From Diplonema japonicum (Eukaryota > Protista > Euglenozoa: Diplonemea), in the NCBI GenBank assembly GCA_964019335.1, contig OZ025751.1, forward strand, positions 186,001 through 250,000: a DNA stretch of 64,000 nt, read 5' to 3'. Under the pieces are notes generated by a model. That model saw nothing but the letters and a program-made list of their open reading frames with translations. It ran no database searches and had not been told where the DNA came from. Positions 1 to 11,516 of this stretch are shown here, piece after piece (the first letter of the stretch is position 1; each line of letters starts with the position of its first letter). The position numbers and the translations under genes are program-made.

Positions 1-281
1 TTTGCCACACTGGGCTTCCTAACCAGCTTAGTGACGTGCACCAAATGCGTGTACCGCTTGACGTCCCCGTTCTTCTTGTTCACCATGATCAGTCTCTTGT
101 AGCTCAGGATTATTAACCTGGCCTGTCTCGAGTCCCTGCTGCTCACTTTGTCCACATCACTAATAAAATACACCCCTGAGTTGTCAGCAGCTGTTGCCTG
201 TAGGTAGTTGGCATACGAGGGGTACTGACTAGATGTCGCGAAGGGCATCCCTGTTACAGGACACACGCTGGGGTCACCCAT
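1..281 (-). CDS. 5' part of a hypothetical protein, possibly with a PH/myosin-TH1-like domain (runs off the window)
   Basis: ATG at 281 opens MGDPSVCPVTGMPF...YFISDVDKVSSRDSRQARLIILSYKRLIMV..., open to the window edge. The 'SDVDKV..RLIILS' pattern resembles TH1/PH-type folds. Confidence 0.6.
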   Translation of the reverse strand, partial: MGDPSVCPVTGMPFATSSQYPSYANYLQATAADNSGVYFISDVDKVSSRDSRQARLIILSYKRLIMVNKKNGDVKRYTHLVHVTKLVRKPSVA

Positions 282-377
282 ATTATTTTACAACCCCCCC
301 CTCCACACCGCCCCTCGCCTCCGCTTTGCAATGTTTTTTGTTTAGTGGGGAAAAAAAAAAAAGAAGAAAAAGGAATT

Positions 378-1805
378 TTATGTAGGTTGTTTGTGCTTCC
401 TTCTCGAGACTCCTTCAGGGAAAAGGTTTGGATACGCCAGCTTCGCCAGCCTGGGATCCACCTTGGTGAGGAATTCAGCTTCTTTCAATCGCTCTTCTGT
501 GTAACGCGACAGGTATTTCTCTTCTTGTTCACGGGGGGGCAGCCTCCACGAGGCCAGCTCTTCTTGTTGGGTAAGGTACGCCAGCTGCAGCAAATGAGAG
601 AGCTGTGAAAAGGGAGCCATCCTTGGGACAGGCCCTGGGTTGGCCGATAATTTGTAATCGGAAAGCACGCTCGACAGAGCACGCTTGATCTGAAACATCT
701 TGCAGGAAAATAAAAGGTACCCCGCGCCGAGTGAGCTGTCAAGCTTCTTCCTCGTCTCGACCTCCATTTTGTTGAGGAACATGAGGGAAAGCGCCTTGAA
801 ACTTCGGAACCTGTACAGGGATTTCATAATGAACTTCTTGCAGATTGCACTACGGCGGGCAAACTGCCTGACTCGGAGGATTATGTTCGTCCTCATGCCG
901 TGCAGCGCGTGCTTCACAACGAAAATAATTTCGTTCAACTGAGAATCAGACATGAACAGCGCGGGAAAGGTGGCAGGATTCCGTTTAATAGGTGCCGTGA
1001 ATTTTTGTCTACATTTTGACAGAACGACTGCCTGCCGCATATGTCGTCTGACAGCGTTGGCCATAACGGTTCCCATCGTGTATTCCAATACCTTCTTAAA
1101 GGTCTCGAGGGCTCTGTGGTGCACCAGCGTGGTGCGCCATTTTTCAGACACCTCTTGTTGTACCTCGATTTGTTTCGCCTTTTCCAACTCCACCGCAATG
1201 CGTTTTGCCCTGTCTGCTAAAAGCTCCGTTCTTTCTGCGTGGTTTCGGTCCAAAAGCTGCTTCTGCGTCGCAACACGGTTCAGCCGCTCGGCTGGGGACT
1301 GTTGTTGTTGTTGTTGTTTGCGTTCCTTGGGCAGCCTCCTCGGTATTTTTGGTACGATTTTGTTCTGGATTCGGGTTGTTGTTGTTGTGTCCATTAGGTA
1401 TTTCAGCTTGGTGTTGACAACTGCCTTTGCGAGGGTTGCTCTTGTCATGCCAGGTGCGAATTTGTACACTGCATCGCCTAAGCCGAAGTAGGTGAAACGG
1501 TCGTTTTTTGTTTTTCTCAGTTTTTTCGGTTTCGTGAGTTTGATGTTCTCCTGTAATCGTTTGTGGATCTCTTTCACGCAGGTCATGCGGTTGTCGATGT
1601 AGTCCCACCCTTCCACGATGCCGAGGTGGTCCTTGAGGTCTTCTCGGCGGGGCAGATCGTTTTCTGTGACATCGTTGTGCATCATCGCCTTCACTTCTTC
1701 GTTCCTGCATTGTGTCAGCCTGCTCAACCCTCGCGCGGGTTTTTCTTCGAGCCCCCAATCCACAGAGAAGTCCAACGAGATGTCACCGCATGTCACCGAT
1801 GACAT
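378..1805 (-). CDS. hypothetical protein (475 aa, basic, central coiled coil)
   Basis: Long intact ORF with coding-like composition, co-oriented with neighbours; no recognised domain. Confidence 0.8.
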   Translation of the reverse strand: MSSVTCGDISLDFSVDWGLEEKPARGLSRLTQCRNEEVKAMMHNDVTENDLPRREDLKDHLGIVEGWDYIDNRMTCVKEIHKRLQENIKLTKPKKLRKTKNDRFTYFGLGDAVYKFAPGMTRATLAKAVVNTKLKYLMDTTTTTRIQNKIVPKIPRRLPKERKQQQQQQSPAERLNRVATQKQLLDRNHAERTELLADRAKRIAVELEKAKQIEVQQEVSEKWRTTLVHHRALETFKKVLEYTMGTVMANAVRRHMRQAVVLSKCRQKFTAPIKRNPATFPALFMSDSQLNEIIFVVKHALHGMRTNIILRVRQFARRSAICKKFIMKSLYRFRSFKALSLMFLNKMEVETRKKLDSSLGAGYLLFSCKMFQIKRALSSVLSDYKLSANPGPVPRMAPFSQLSHLLQLAYLTQQEELASWRLPPREQEEKYLSRYTEERLKEAEFLTKVDPRLAKLAYPNLFPEGVSRRKHKQPT

Positions 1806-1976
1806 TTCACACCAGCTTCTCTCCTCCTTTTGTTTTTTTTTTTGTTAATATTTTTTGTTCTTTAACTAGAAACGAAGGGTGGGTTGGGGTGGGGGGGGGG
1901 GGGGGGGGAAAGCAGGGAGGGGGGGAAAAAAAAGGGAGGAAAAAGGGTGGAAATCCTGTCCCCTTTTTTTCTTTTT

Positions 1977-1982
<6 letters not shown>

Positions 1983-2035
<53 letters not shown>
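1983..2035. repeat. (CT)n/(AG)n microsatellite
   Basis: Directly visible dinucleotide run. Confidence 0.95.
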
Positions 2036-2037
<2 letters not shown>

Positions 2038-2477
2038 CGCGCGTCGTTTGTAACTATTTCTTTTCTTCGTTTTTCTTTTTTCTTCTTTTTCGTTCCGATG
2101 TAAATATACTGCATTCGAGTCAGCCGGTAAATCCGCATTGTCACTTCTTCTTCTTCTTCAGCAGTAGGAACTGATTGGTGGTAAGTAGGTGGTGGAGGTG
2201 TGCCGTACTGAGCCGTAGTCGTTGGGGTACAGAAAAATTTAAACCCATACCTATCAGGGAATTTTTTTTTGGGGGGGAGGGGGGGATGAGGGGAGAGGAC
2301 TGAAAAGAAAAACGGCGACGGTTTACATTTTTTTTTCCCTCACCCCATCCACCCCTCCTATTTTGTTCATGTGAAAGTTAATGACAAAATGAAAAAAAAA
2401 GAGGGGGTGAATAGATTATACACCAAGTGCACACTTAGTTTTAAAAAACTAGAAGGAAGAAGAAAAAAAAAACACAC

Positions 2478-2525
2478 TTATTCGCTCGCTACTTCGGCTT
2501 GAGCTTCTTCTTCATCCACAAACTG

Positions 2526-2558
<33 letters not shown>

Positions 2559-2997
2559 AGAAGACATAAAAATAATGTTCCATACCCTTTCCTCTGTGCT
2601 GAAGGTACTATAGTTCAAAGGATGTGTTTTGGTGTACAACCCGTTCAGGGTGGTGAGATCGAGCGCGTCGCCATAGGTTCGTTGCTTGTCTAAGCAAAGC
2701 AACTGCTGAGCAAGCTGTGTTTTTTTTTTTTTTTTTTTTTTTTAAATCGATTTTAATTCGAAGAAAAACTACATACCCACTCCCTGGACAAATTGTTATT
2801 TGTGCTGGTGAGGCCTCTTGGTCTATCGAAGTACTGGAAAGTGTCGTATAAAGACTGCACTCTGAAACCCCGTTTTTTCTTCTCCGGCTCCTTCTTGGCA
2901 TCTGCAGCCTCGTTTGCCATGAGACGGGCTACTTCAGCCTTCTCTTGGGCTTCCAGCGCTTTAAGCGCAGCTTGACGTTCAGCATCGCTCTGTGTGT

Positions 2998-3036
<39 letters not shown>

Positions 3037-4606
3037 CCCTCTCAAACCTCTTTTTTATCTTCGTCGGTCTTGCCAACGTCCTCCGCTTCCCAGACTTTTT
3101 TCAACTCCTCTATCTTAATTGCTTTCCGTTTCCTGCAGCTTTCTTCCTCCTCTTCTCGCTTCCGTTTGCGGCTGGATTCTTCTTCCTGGGGGAGGGAGAG
3201 AATTTAAAAAAAAAAAAATGACTATTTACTAAATAAAAATCAGATTACCTGATTTTTACGAGGGATTTTTTTTTTTTTCACGAGTAGTTGAAAAATTGCT
3301 CAGCGTAAAAATCAGATTTTACTTTACATTTATGGTCCACTATATTTTTACACGTGAACGGTAAAGTGATTTCTGATTTTTATGGCTCTTTAGAAATTTC
3401 CTCTTGTAACTTTACAAAATTAAGTAAAAATACAAAAAAACTCAAATTAACATGCAAACTCCCAGAGCGAAAGCCGCAAAAAAAAAAAAACTCCACACCT
3501 GTCTCCTCTTAGTCTCTTCCAACTTCCTTCTCGCCTCCGCCTGCTTTGCATGGAGCGTGTCTGCAAGTTTTGTCGCGAACTCGCGTTTCAACCATTCATC
3601 GAAAATATCAACAGCGGTGCAGAGCTCAATGGTTTCGGTGCTTGTGTTCCCCGCAAGGTTGTACTCGTGTAGGGTTGCTGCGGGTATTTTTTTTTTTTTT
3701 TTTTCTTCACACACCCATTGCGATTTTTGTAGGGACGATGGAGCTGACTTGTTTTTCCGACGTTCTCGTAACGGTTTTTGTAACGGTTTTCGTTTCGGGG
3801 ACTTCTTCGGTGGTCTGGTCAGCGCCTTCCGTGCTGTCTTCTGCTTTTCTACTGTTCACGATTTCTGTTCGTTCCTCCTCGCTGAGCGGAATCTGTTCTG
3901 TCTCTTCCTCTTCAAGCTGTTCCACAACGGTCTTGACCTGCGGGTTTATCTGCAGATCAGGGACACCCCAAAGATGCGGGAAAAACACAACCGTGTCAGG
4001 CTTGCCGTCGTACTGAATCTCCCCGAGTTTTGTCCATTTTGAAACCAGCGACAAATCGAGGCCGGATTGGGTTTTTACAATATCGATCAGGTTGGAGATG
4101 AGGGCGGAGTCGGCAGCGTTTTCCATAATCCCCCCGTATAGGGTGAGCATGCGGGATTCGGATGGGATCGACGCGCCGATGATGTCAAGCCGTCTGAGGA
4201 CGTGCTTTAGGTCTCTCTGAGGGGACTGGGCGGTGATGCCTGTTGTGAGGAAAACCCGGACGTTCACCAGATTGTCCTCTGAGGTTGGTTTTGAGATTTC
4301 TTTGAAGGCGACGCCTTCATCGTTGACAGTCAGCTCTGCGGCCTCGTGTACCCTGCACTCTAGTGTGCCGTCTTCTGCGTTTACCCATTCTGCCGAGACG
4401 CCGATCATATCTTCGTTGAAGTACTTTCTGTGGGGGTTTCTCGCCTTGTGTTCCTGGATGGACCGGTACTTTGTGCTGAAGGGCAGCAGCGGCACCAACA
4501 GATCCGACTGCCGCAGCGCCGGGGCCCCGCTGCCTGTGCGGTTGCCCCCTTTTGAACCCGTCCCTGATTTTCCCCCGCTTCCTTTACTCGGGCCATTTCG
4601 GTAGGA

Positions 4607-4609
<3 letters not shown>
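2478..4609 (-). CDS. CCAR1/DBC1-family protein, 6 exons
   Basis: Spliced through 5 GT-AG introns (about 3678-3715, 3187-3498, 2990-3047, 2715-2776, 2524-2586). Motifs SGLDLSLVSKWTKLGEIQY..DTVVFFPHLW (DBC1 domain), DIFDEWLKREF and YDTFQYFDR match the conserved CCAR1 blocks in order. Confidence 0.75.
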
Positions 4610-4639
<30 letters not shown>

Positions 4640-5508
4640 CAGACCACCATCTAAGAGTTGGGAGGGGGTGTGAATTCATTGTGGAATTTCTTTTTTTCTC
4701 AAAATAAAAAAAATGTGGAATCAAAGGGAAAAAAAAAAGAAGAAACACTTTAAAAATAAAAATTTGGGGGGGGGACGAAAAATCCGTGGAGAAAAGAAGA
4801 GGGCGGGGTAAAAAAAAAAAAATATCTGGGGACATTCCCCCATCTTGATAAGAAAGACGAATTCAAAGAAGAAGATATGGTGCTCAGGGAAGGAAAAAAA
4901 AAAAAAAAAACCAATAGAGAGAAAGGAAAACAGGGCTCCGGTACAACAAAAAAAAATTAACTTCCTTCGTTTTTTTTTTTTTCCCCTCTTCTTTTTCGTA
5001 TTCCCCCACACTAATGGCAGTCTCTTGCAAGACTTTTAAAAAAGAATAAAGGATGAAAAAAAAGAAGTGGGGGGGGGGGGGGGGAAATGACAAAAAAAAT
5101 GGTAGGAAAGTCACATCGTGGTAGTTTATGAAGAATAAAAAAATAAAGGAGAGATAGGGATTAAATCAGAAAAAGAAAAAAAAGTAAAGAAAAATAAAAA
5201 ATAAAAATAAAAAGGAAATTCATTTCCTTTCTTTTTGTTTTTTTATTTCCTTGTTTTCTGACTCTTCCCCCCCCCTTTCTCCTTTAACGGGGTTATTATA
5301 AATATTTCCCTCCCTTCTCACCACCCCACCCTCTTCAAGGTGAAAAAAAAAGCCCAAAGAAAAAAATGAGAAAGAAAAAAAAAACCGGGGGGGGAAAAAA
5401 TACAAGTAAAACAAAAAAAACAAAAAAAAGCCCTGTATCTCTCTATGTCCCTGTTTCCGCTATTTTTTAATTTTCTTTTTTTTTTTTTATTCTCGTCAAT
5501 TTTTTTTT

Positions 5509-5784
5509 CTAGTACAGCATCACCTCCACACCACGGTCGAGCCATTCCTCAATGAGCTCCTCGACCTTTTTTTTTTTTCAAGAAAAAATTTTTTTTAATT
5601 CGATACCTCCTCGTACAACAATGGCTGGCGGAAACGGGGGTGGTCGGGCCAGTTCCTCGGGCAGTCAGGGTCAAGCACAACATCTTCAACACACTTTGCG
5701 TAGAAGTGCTGCCCACAGTCAGAGCACATCATAGTCGTGTTGCCCCAGATACGGAAGTAGCGAGCACACTTACCCATGTTGGCT

Positions 5785-5815
<31 letters not shown>

Positions 5816-6153
5816 CTTTTTTTTCCATACGTGAGCAGTCACCAGAGCATGCGAAGTAGTGCTCATCATCCTCACTCCCAGAGAAGTAAAGCACAACGGG
5901 GTTGTGCTTCGTGCCGTTGAGCTCCTCATACAGGTGGCCCACACCAACGTACGGCCTGTATAATAAAAACATGATGTGGTTGGGGGAATATCAACATACA
6001 GCTGGTTGTACTCTTCTTGTTCGTGCTCGTTGGGGAGCCACACGTTACCTTTGGTGTCCCACCTCCAAGCCTCTGCGGGCCTCTCAACCTCAAGCCTCTT
6101 CCTTCTGTTTGATTTAAGAGCGTCCGTCCAAGGGTACTGGGTGTGCACTGTGT

Positions 6154-6197
<44 letters not shown>

Positions 6198-6314
6198 ACT
6201 CCAGGGAAACAGAGACCACGGCCTCCAGAAAGCCTTGTCCGCCCTCTGCTTGAAGTTCGGGGACCTCAGAGGGTAGTGGTGCATGAGGGCTACGCCCGTC
6301 CTCTTCATTGCCAT
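5509..6314 (-). CDS. COX5B: cytochrome c oxidase subunit Vb (COX5B/yeast Cox4-like, Zn-binding), 5 exons
   Basis: 4 GT-AG introns (about 6148-6199, 5957-6000, 5783-5830, 5566-5606) give one continuous ORF. GTKHNPV...FACSG...CSDCGQHF fits the COX5B Zn-ligand pattern, and the N-terminus is basic and presequence-like. Confidence 0.65.
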
Positions 6315-6461
6315 TTTCCTACCTTCTTCCCTGAAGAGCGAGATGGTGGATATGCAAAAAAAAATCGGGGGTATTGCGGAAAAAAAAATAGACAGCAGGG
6401 CGCGGGGGGGATAAGGGAAGATTGGGTCGAACAGAGAGACTAACTCACAGGGGGGGGGGGG

Positions 6462-6784
6462 GGGAAGGGAGGGGAAGGGAGGGGAAGGGAGGGGAAGGGA
6501 GGGGAAGGGAGGGGAAGGGAGGGGAAGGGAGGGGAAGGGAGGGGAAGGGAGGGGAAGGGAGGGGAAGGGAGGGGAAGGGAGGGGAAGGGAGGGGAAGGGA
6601 GGGGAAGGGAGGGGAAGGGAGGGGAAGGGAGGGGAAGGGAGGGGAAGGGAGGGGAAGGGAGGGGAAGGGAGGGGAAGGGAGGGGAAGGGAGGGGAAGGGA
6701 GGGGAAGGGAGGGGAAGGGAGGGGAAGGGAGGGGAAGGGAGGGGAAGGGAGGGGAAGGGAGGGGAAGGGAGGGGAAGGGAGGGG
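6462..6784. repeat. tandem 10-bp repeat (GGGGAAGGGA)n, about 32 copies
   Basis: Directly visible perfect purine-only array, ending about 150 bp upstream of the COX5B ATG. Confidence 0.95.
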
Positions 6785-7092
6785 TATATAAAAAAGAATA
6801 CCCATCACAACGACATAAAAAGGGAAAGATAAAAAAAAGAAAGAAAAGAAGGTTCTTTTTTGGAGGATATGGGGGAATGGGTCGTTATCCCCTTCTTTTT
6901 TTTCTGTTTTTTTTTTCTTCCCGGCTCCTGTTGCGTCATAAGTAATCAACATAACTTTTTTTCTAATAGTTTTTTTGTTGTATTAAGCTAGTCTGGGGGG
7001 AGGGGGGTAAAACTGGATAACGTGAACACACACAGTTTTGTGCTTTTTTATGGAGAACAAAAAGAACAGAAATACTGGGGGAGGGGACGAAA

Positions 7093-7138
<46 letters not shown>

Positions 7139-7380
7139 ACTCTTCCCCCCTCGAGAGGGGAGGGCATTCTTTTTTTAAATTGCTGTGAGCTCTCATTTTT
7201 TTTTTTTTTTGGTTCCTTTTCACGCATCCCTTTTCTTTGCCCCGAATTATTGTTTTTTTTTTATATTTCCCCCTCTCCCTCTTCTCTCTTTTTTTTTTTA
7301 TTATCTGTTTCTATTTTTTTTTTAATCAAATTCTATTATTTTTTTTTAAAATGTCACAAAAAAAAGGGGGATGGTAAGCA

Positions 7381-8525
7381 TTATCCCAATACAGCGATCC
7401 CAACAACTAGCCCTATAACCACCAGAATGACTAAGCATATGAACAGGTAGCACATGCGCCTGTGGAGTAAAAAAATAAAAAAAAGGAAGAAAAAAAAATG
7501 GGTGTAATAAAAGGAAGGAGAATTATTATTATTATTATTTTTATTTGAAAAGCCCAAAAAAGCCCCTGTTTATTTTATTTTATTTTTTTATCCATACTTT
7601 CGCGCTTTTTTTTGGTGCTCCCGTGCTTTCTTGACCTGTACACGGCCTTCAAAAACGTAATTTGTTGCTCTGTGCGGGGGGGAAAAAAAAAATAATTTTA
7701 CTTTCTCCCCATCTATTCCATACTTTCCAACATTATCGCTGATATTATTCAGCAATTCGCCTTGTTCCGCCACAAGCACCGCCATGTCCATGAAAATTTG
7801 GTGTAAATTCTTGAGCGCAACTTCAATATCGTGGATATCACGTCGCATTTCTACCACTTCTTCAAGGGTATTGGTGGCCATCTTTTTTTCAAGTTTTTTT
7901 TTTTTTTTTCCCATACCGCCATTTTTGCACCTGAAAAGACGCTGCTCTCGGTGCCTTGTTCAATGACCTGCTGCGCCATTTTTTCCACCTGTTCGTCGGG
8001 GAGGTGTTGGTGCGAGAATTTTGTTTTTATCCGTCTTTTGAGCGTGTCTTTGTACTTGTCCTTGTTGTGTTGTTCTACTTGTTGCAGGTTTGTCAGTGCA
8101 GACACGAACTCCTGTCGCAATAACATATGTTGGTTTTCCTGAATTCGAATTTCAGCCGGGTGCTCCGCGGCCTTTTCCTTTCGCTTGTTTGTGATATTCT
8201 GCATATCGTCTAGATGTTGCTTTATAGATGTGCTTTCTGATCCTATTTTTTCGTGGAGTGCTTGGGACTCTTCTCGGAGTGATTTCTTGCTTTGGTCATC
8301 TGTTGCACAGTGCAGCTCATTGTGGATCGCGTTCAGATCTTCCGTCCATTTTTTCATATTTTGCAGCTCTTGGTTCACCTTTACTACATATTCGTAGAAT
8401 TCATCCAGACCACCCCCTTCGGCGTCGCCGTCACCCGCCGGTCTCTCCGGTGGCAGGTCAACTGCAACATCACCCGGGCTTATCCCAGCAGATTCCCTGA
8501 AGTTCGGCAATAGATCTGCCGACAT
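7381..8525 (-). CDS. syntaxin (Qa-SNARE), 4 exons
   Basis: Habc-like N-terminus, SNARE motif RRDIHDIEVALKNLHQIFMDMAVLVAEQGELLNNISDNV and C-terminal TM (CYLFICLVILVVIGLVVGIAVLG*) after 3 GT-AG introns (e.g. 7882-7916). Confidence 0.9.
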
Positions 8526-8835
8526 TTGGGTTTTTTTTATTTTTTTTTTGTGTAAAAGGGGAAACGGTCTGGGAAAAAGAAAAAATTGAAAAAAAAAATG
8601 GAATCATCTTGGGGGAGGGGGGATAAAAAATTGACAACATAAAATAAAAAAAAAGGAAAAGAAAAAATAAATAAGGAGAGTAAAAAAAAAAAAAAATGAT
8701 TTTTTCTTCTTTTTCTCCTCTCCCCACACTTTTTTTTTTGATGCTGTATTTTTTTTTTTTTTTTTCCAGCCACCCTATTCTCCTAACATATAAAAAAAAA
8801 AAGATAAAAGTAAAAATAAAATAAAGGGGACCATC

Positions 8836-9315
8836 TTAGACCTTGTAGGCCTTGAGGGGGTCGAAGAATTCAGGCCTGAGGTCCACGATGGTCTTGGTCT
8901 TCTTCACGATGCTAGCGGTCCTGGGGACACCGGCGGGGGTACGCTTCACCCTCTTCTTGCCGGCCTTCTGGAGGGCGATGTTGTTGGCAACACGGGCCTT
9001 AAGGTCATCCTGGCACTTCGACTTGCGAACGTGCTCCACACGCACGTTGATCCTCTTGCGGATGATACGGGGACCCACCCTCTTGTTCACGATCACACCG
9101 AGGGCACGTGGAGTCACGTTCCACACAATACCAGTCTTACCGTGGTACACCTTGTGGGGCAGCGACTTCTGGATGGCCGGATCACCCACAACGTCAACGT
9201 AGTCACCAGCCTTGAAGTTGGTCAGGTACCTGGTCAGGTTGGGCATTCCCCTCTTCTTGTACTTCTTGGAGAAGAGGTCCCTAGTACCAGCACGGTAACC
9301 ATAGGAGTGCACCAT
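8836..9315 (-). CDS. RPL21: 60S ribosomal protein L21 (eL21), copy 1
   Basis: MVHSYGYRAGTRDLF...PHKVYHGKTGIVWNVT...KRINVRVEHV is the eL21 signature. Confidence 0.97.
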   Translation of the reverse strand: MVHSYGYRAGTRDLFSKKYKKRGMPNLTRYLTNFKAGDYVDVVGDPAIQKSLPHKVYHGKTGIVWNVTPRALGVIVNKRVGPRIIRKRINVRVEHVRKSKCQDDLKARVANNIALQKAGKKRVKRTPAGVPRTASIVKKTKTIVDLRPEFFDPLKAYKV

Positions 9316-9442
9316 TTTTTCGTGTGTGGGTGGTTGTTAACTGTTTCAACGCTGGTGAATTCATTTTTTAAAGAGGGGAGCAATATGGGGGGGGGGGGAA
9401 TAAATGACGATCACAACCAGTAAAATGACTAAAAATGGATAC

Positions 9443-9922
9443 TTAGACCTTGTAGGCCTTGAGGGGGTCGAAGAATTCAGGCCTGAGGTCCACGATGGTC
9501 TTGGTCTTCTTCACGATGCTGGCGGTCCTGGGGACACCGGCGGGGGTACGCTTCACCCTCTTCTTGCCGGCCTTCTGGAGGGCGATGTTGTTGGCAACAC
9601 GGGCCTTAAGGTCATCCTGGCACTTCGACTTGCGAACGTGCTCCACACGCACGTTGATCCTCTTGCGGATGATACGGGGACCCACCCTCTTGTTCACGAT
9701 CACACCGAGGGCACGTGGAGTCACGTTCCACACAATACCAGTCTTACCGTGGTACACCTTGTGGGGCAGCGACTTCTGGATGGCCGGATCACCCACAACG
9801 TCAACGTAGTCACCAGCCTTGAAGTTGGTCAGGTACCTGGTCAGGTTGGGCATTCCCCTCTTCTTGTACTTCTTGGAGAAGAGGTCCCTAGTACCAGCAC
9901 GGTAACCATAGGAGTGCACCAT
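9443..9922 (-). CDS. RPL21: 60S ribosomal protein L21 (eL21), copy 2
   Basis: Protein identical to copy 1; tandem duplicate. Confidence 0.97.
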   Translation of the reverse strand: MVHSYGYRAGTRDLFSKKYKKRGMPNLTRYLTNFKAGDYVDVVGDPAIQKSLPHKVYHGKTGIVWNVTPRALGVIVNKRVGPRIIRKRINVRVEHVRKSKCQDDLKARVANNIALQKAGKKRVKRTPAGVPRTASIVKKTKTIVDLRPEFFDPLKAYKV

Positions 9923-10088
9923 TTTTTTTTCTTTTTTGCTTTACTAGTCTGTGTGGTAATTTTTTTTTTTTTGGATCGCACTTGTCCACGAGAAGAAGAA
10001 TACAAAAAAAAAAAAAATAGAAGGGGGTGGAATAGGATTTAAAAAAAAAAAACTACAGATTCGTACATTCCCCCCTCTCCTCTGGGGC

Positions 10089-11261
10089 CTAAAAATAACA
10101 CGTCTCGGATTCGACTATGGACGGGACAGCAGAGGGCACGTCGCCGCCACTGCTGAGGTCCTCGTGAAACATCCTGTTGAGGTACAGTTCCTTGGCGGTC
10201 CGCTTGGCCAGTTCTGCGTTGAGCGTAAGGACGGACACCTGCTGGACCGCGTCACGGGTGATGAAGGGCTCGGGTGGGGTGCGGGCAGGCTGCACCGCAT
10301 CAAGAGCCCCTGCAAGCGACTGCCTTTTCGCCAAGTGTGTCAATAACATCCTAGAGTACTCCTCCTGTGTCTCGGTGTATTTCCGAAGGCTCTCGTTGTC
10401 CTTCTTTCGCAACGCTCGTACCCTGAGGTTCCTCGACGATGGATCAAGCTCCTCTGCTGGCATGTTCTTTACTAGAACATCTGATCCAGGTCCTGCTCCT
10501 CGTTGTTGAATTGTTTTTCCTTGCCAGTAAGCCTCCAATCTTGCTTCGTGGGTGGCTAATCGTTTTTGTAAACGAGTGTCAACGTACTCCTCAGCCGCCT
10601 CGAACGCTTCGTCTCCTTCGGGAACCATTTCTTCAGCTGCGGTGAGGCTGTCGTCGCCGGTGAAGAATGTCAACGGGCTTGATGACACTTCGCTACGTGT
10701 GTCATGGGTTTGGTTCTCATAATCTGGATGGTCTGGGATGTTGTTCGCCACCCCGCACCATGCGAAGAGCCCCTTGAGTTTTGCAAGATGGACATTGGTG
10801 TTGTTGATGGGCAGGATTATGTTTCGAAACTCGTTAGAACAGTCACACCTCAGCCGTGTGCGGTTTGGTGCGTCTTTGATAACCTGGCATGAGAAGAAGG
10901 TGGGCCGGAGGATAGTGTCGTTCAAGGTGTACCTGCAGCCAGCGTTCCGAATCCCGCCCTTTGCAGGGAAAAACTCCAGGGTGTCGCCGTCATCATCCAG
11001 TATCGCAACAGGATGGTTGTGCCCTGTTTGTTTTCCGGGTGTTTGTTTCTTCTTGACGGTCAGTGTGACTTTGCACCTGTTTGCGCTTCCCAAGGATGAT
11101 GACGGGCTTTTCTCTCTCGGGCTCTGGATCGGCTCCGGTTGCTTCTTCTTTGCTGCGTTGCAGCTTTTACACCTCTTGCATATTCTCCTTGGCCATTCAC
11201 TCTTTGGATCGATACTTCTTGCCGCAGTAAGCGGTGGGCCAGGGGACAGGCCTCTGTACAT
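10089..11261 (-). CDS. hypothetical protein (390 aa)
   Basis: Intact ORF on the cluster strand with an N-terminal CKRCKSC motif; no family recognised. Confidence 0.75.
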   Translation of the reverse strand: MYRGLSPGPPLTAARSIDPKSEWPRRICKRCKSCNAAKKKQPEPIQSPREKSPSSSLGSANRCKVTLTVKKKQTPGKQTGHNHPVAILDDDGDTLEFFPAKGGIRNAGCRYTLNDTILRPTFFSCQVIKDAPNRTRLRCDCSNEFRNIILPINNTNVHLAKLKGLFAWCGVANNIPDHPDYENQTHDTRSEVSSSPLTFFTGDDSLTAAEEMVPEGDEAFEAAEEYVDTRLQKRLATHEARLEAYWQGKTIQQRGAGPGSDVLVKNMPAEELDPSSRNLRVRALRKKDNESLRKYTETQEEYSRMLLTHLAKRQSLAGALDAVQPARTPPEPFITRDAVQQVSVLTLNAELAKRTAKELYLNRMFHEDLSSGGDVPSAVPSIVESETCYF

Positions 11262-11516
11262 GATCCTTCCTTCCCCCTTGTTTTGTGTGTTGCATTTGAA
11301 TAGGTGGGGGGGGGGGGGGGGGGGGATGAACCAGCGTTCGAGAAAAAAAAGGGGGGAGGGTTTGTTAAAAAAAAGAGGGAAGGGGGTTACTTATGTGTCT
11401 TACGGCTTTTTTTTATTCACATCAACTAAAACAAAAAAGTGGGGGGGGGAGAAAGGGTGTAAGGAGAGAAAGAATGAATATTACTATCCCTCCGTCTTTC
11501 TTTTTTTTTTTTGGTT

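Noticed and set aside
2100-2250. Coding-looking island on the minus strand (TAQYGTPPPPTYHQSVPTAEEEEEV)
   Set aside because: No convincing start or splice connection to neighbouring genes; left unannotated.
6422-6952. ORFs of GREGKGGEGR / PSPPFPSLPL repeats
   Set aside because: Translations of the 10-bp tandem repeat.
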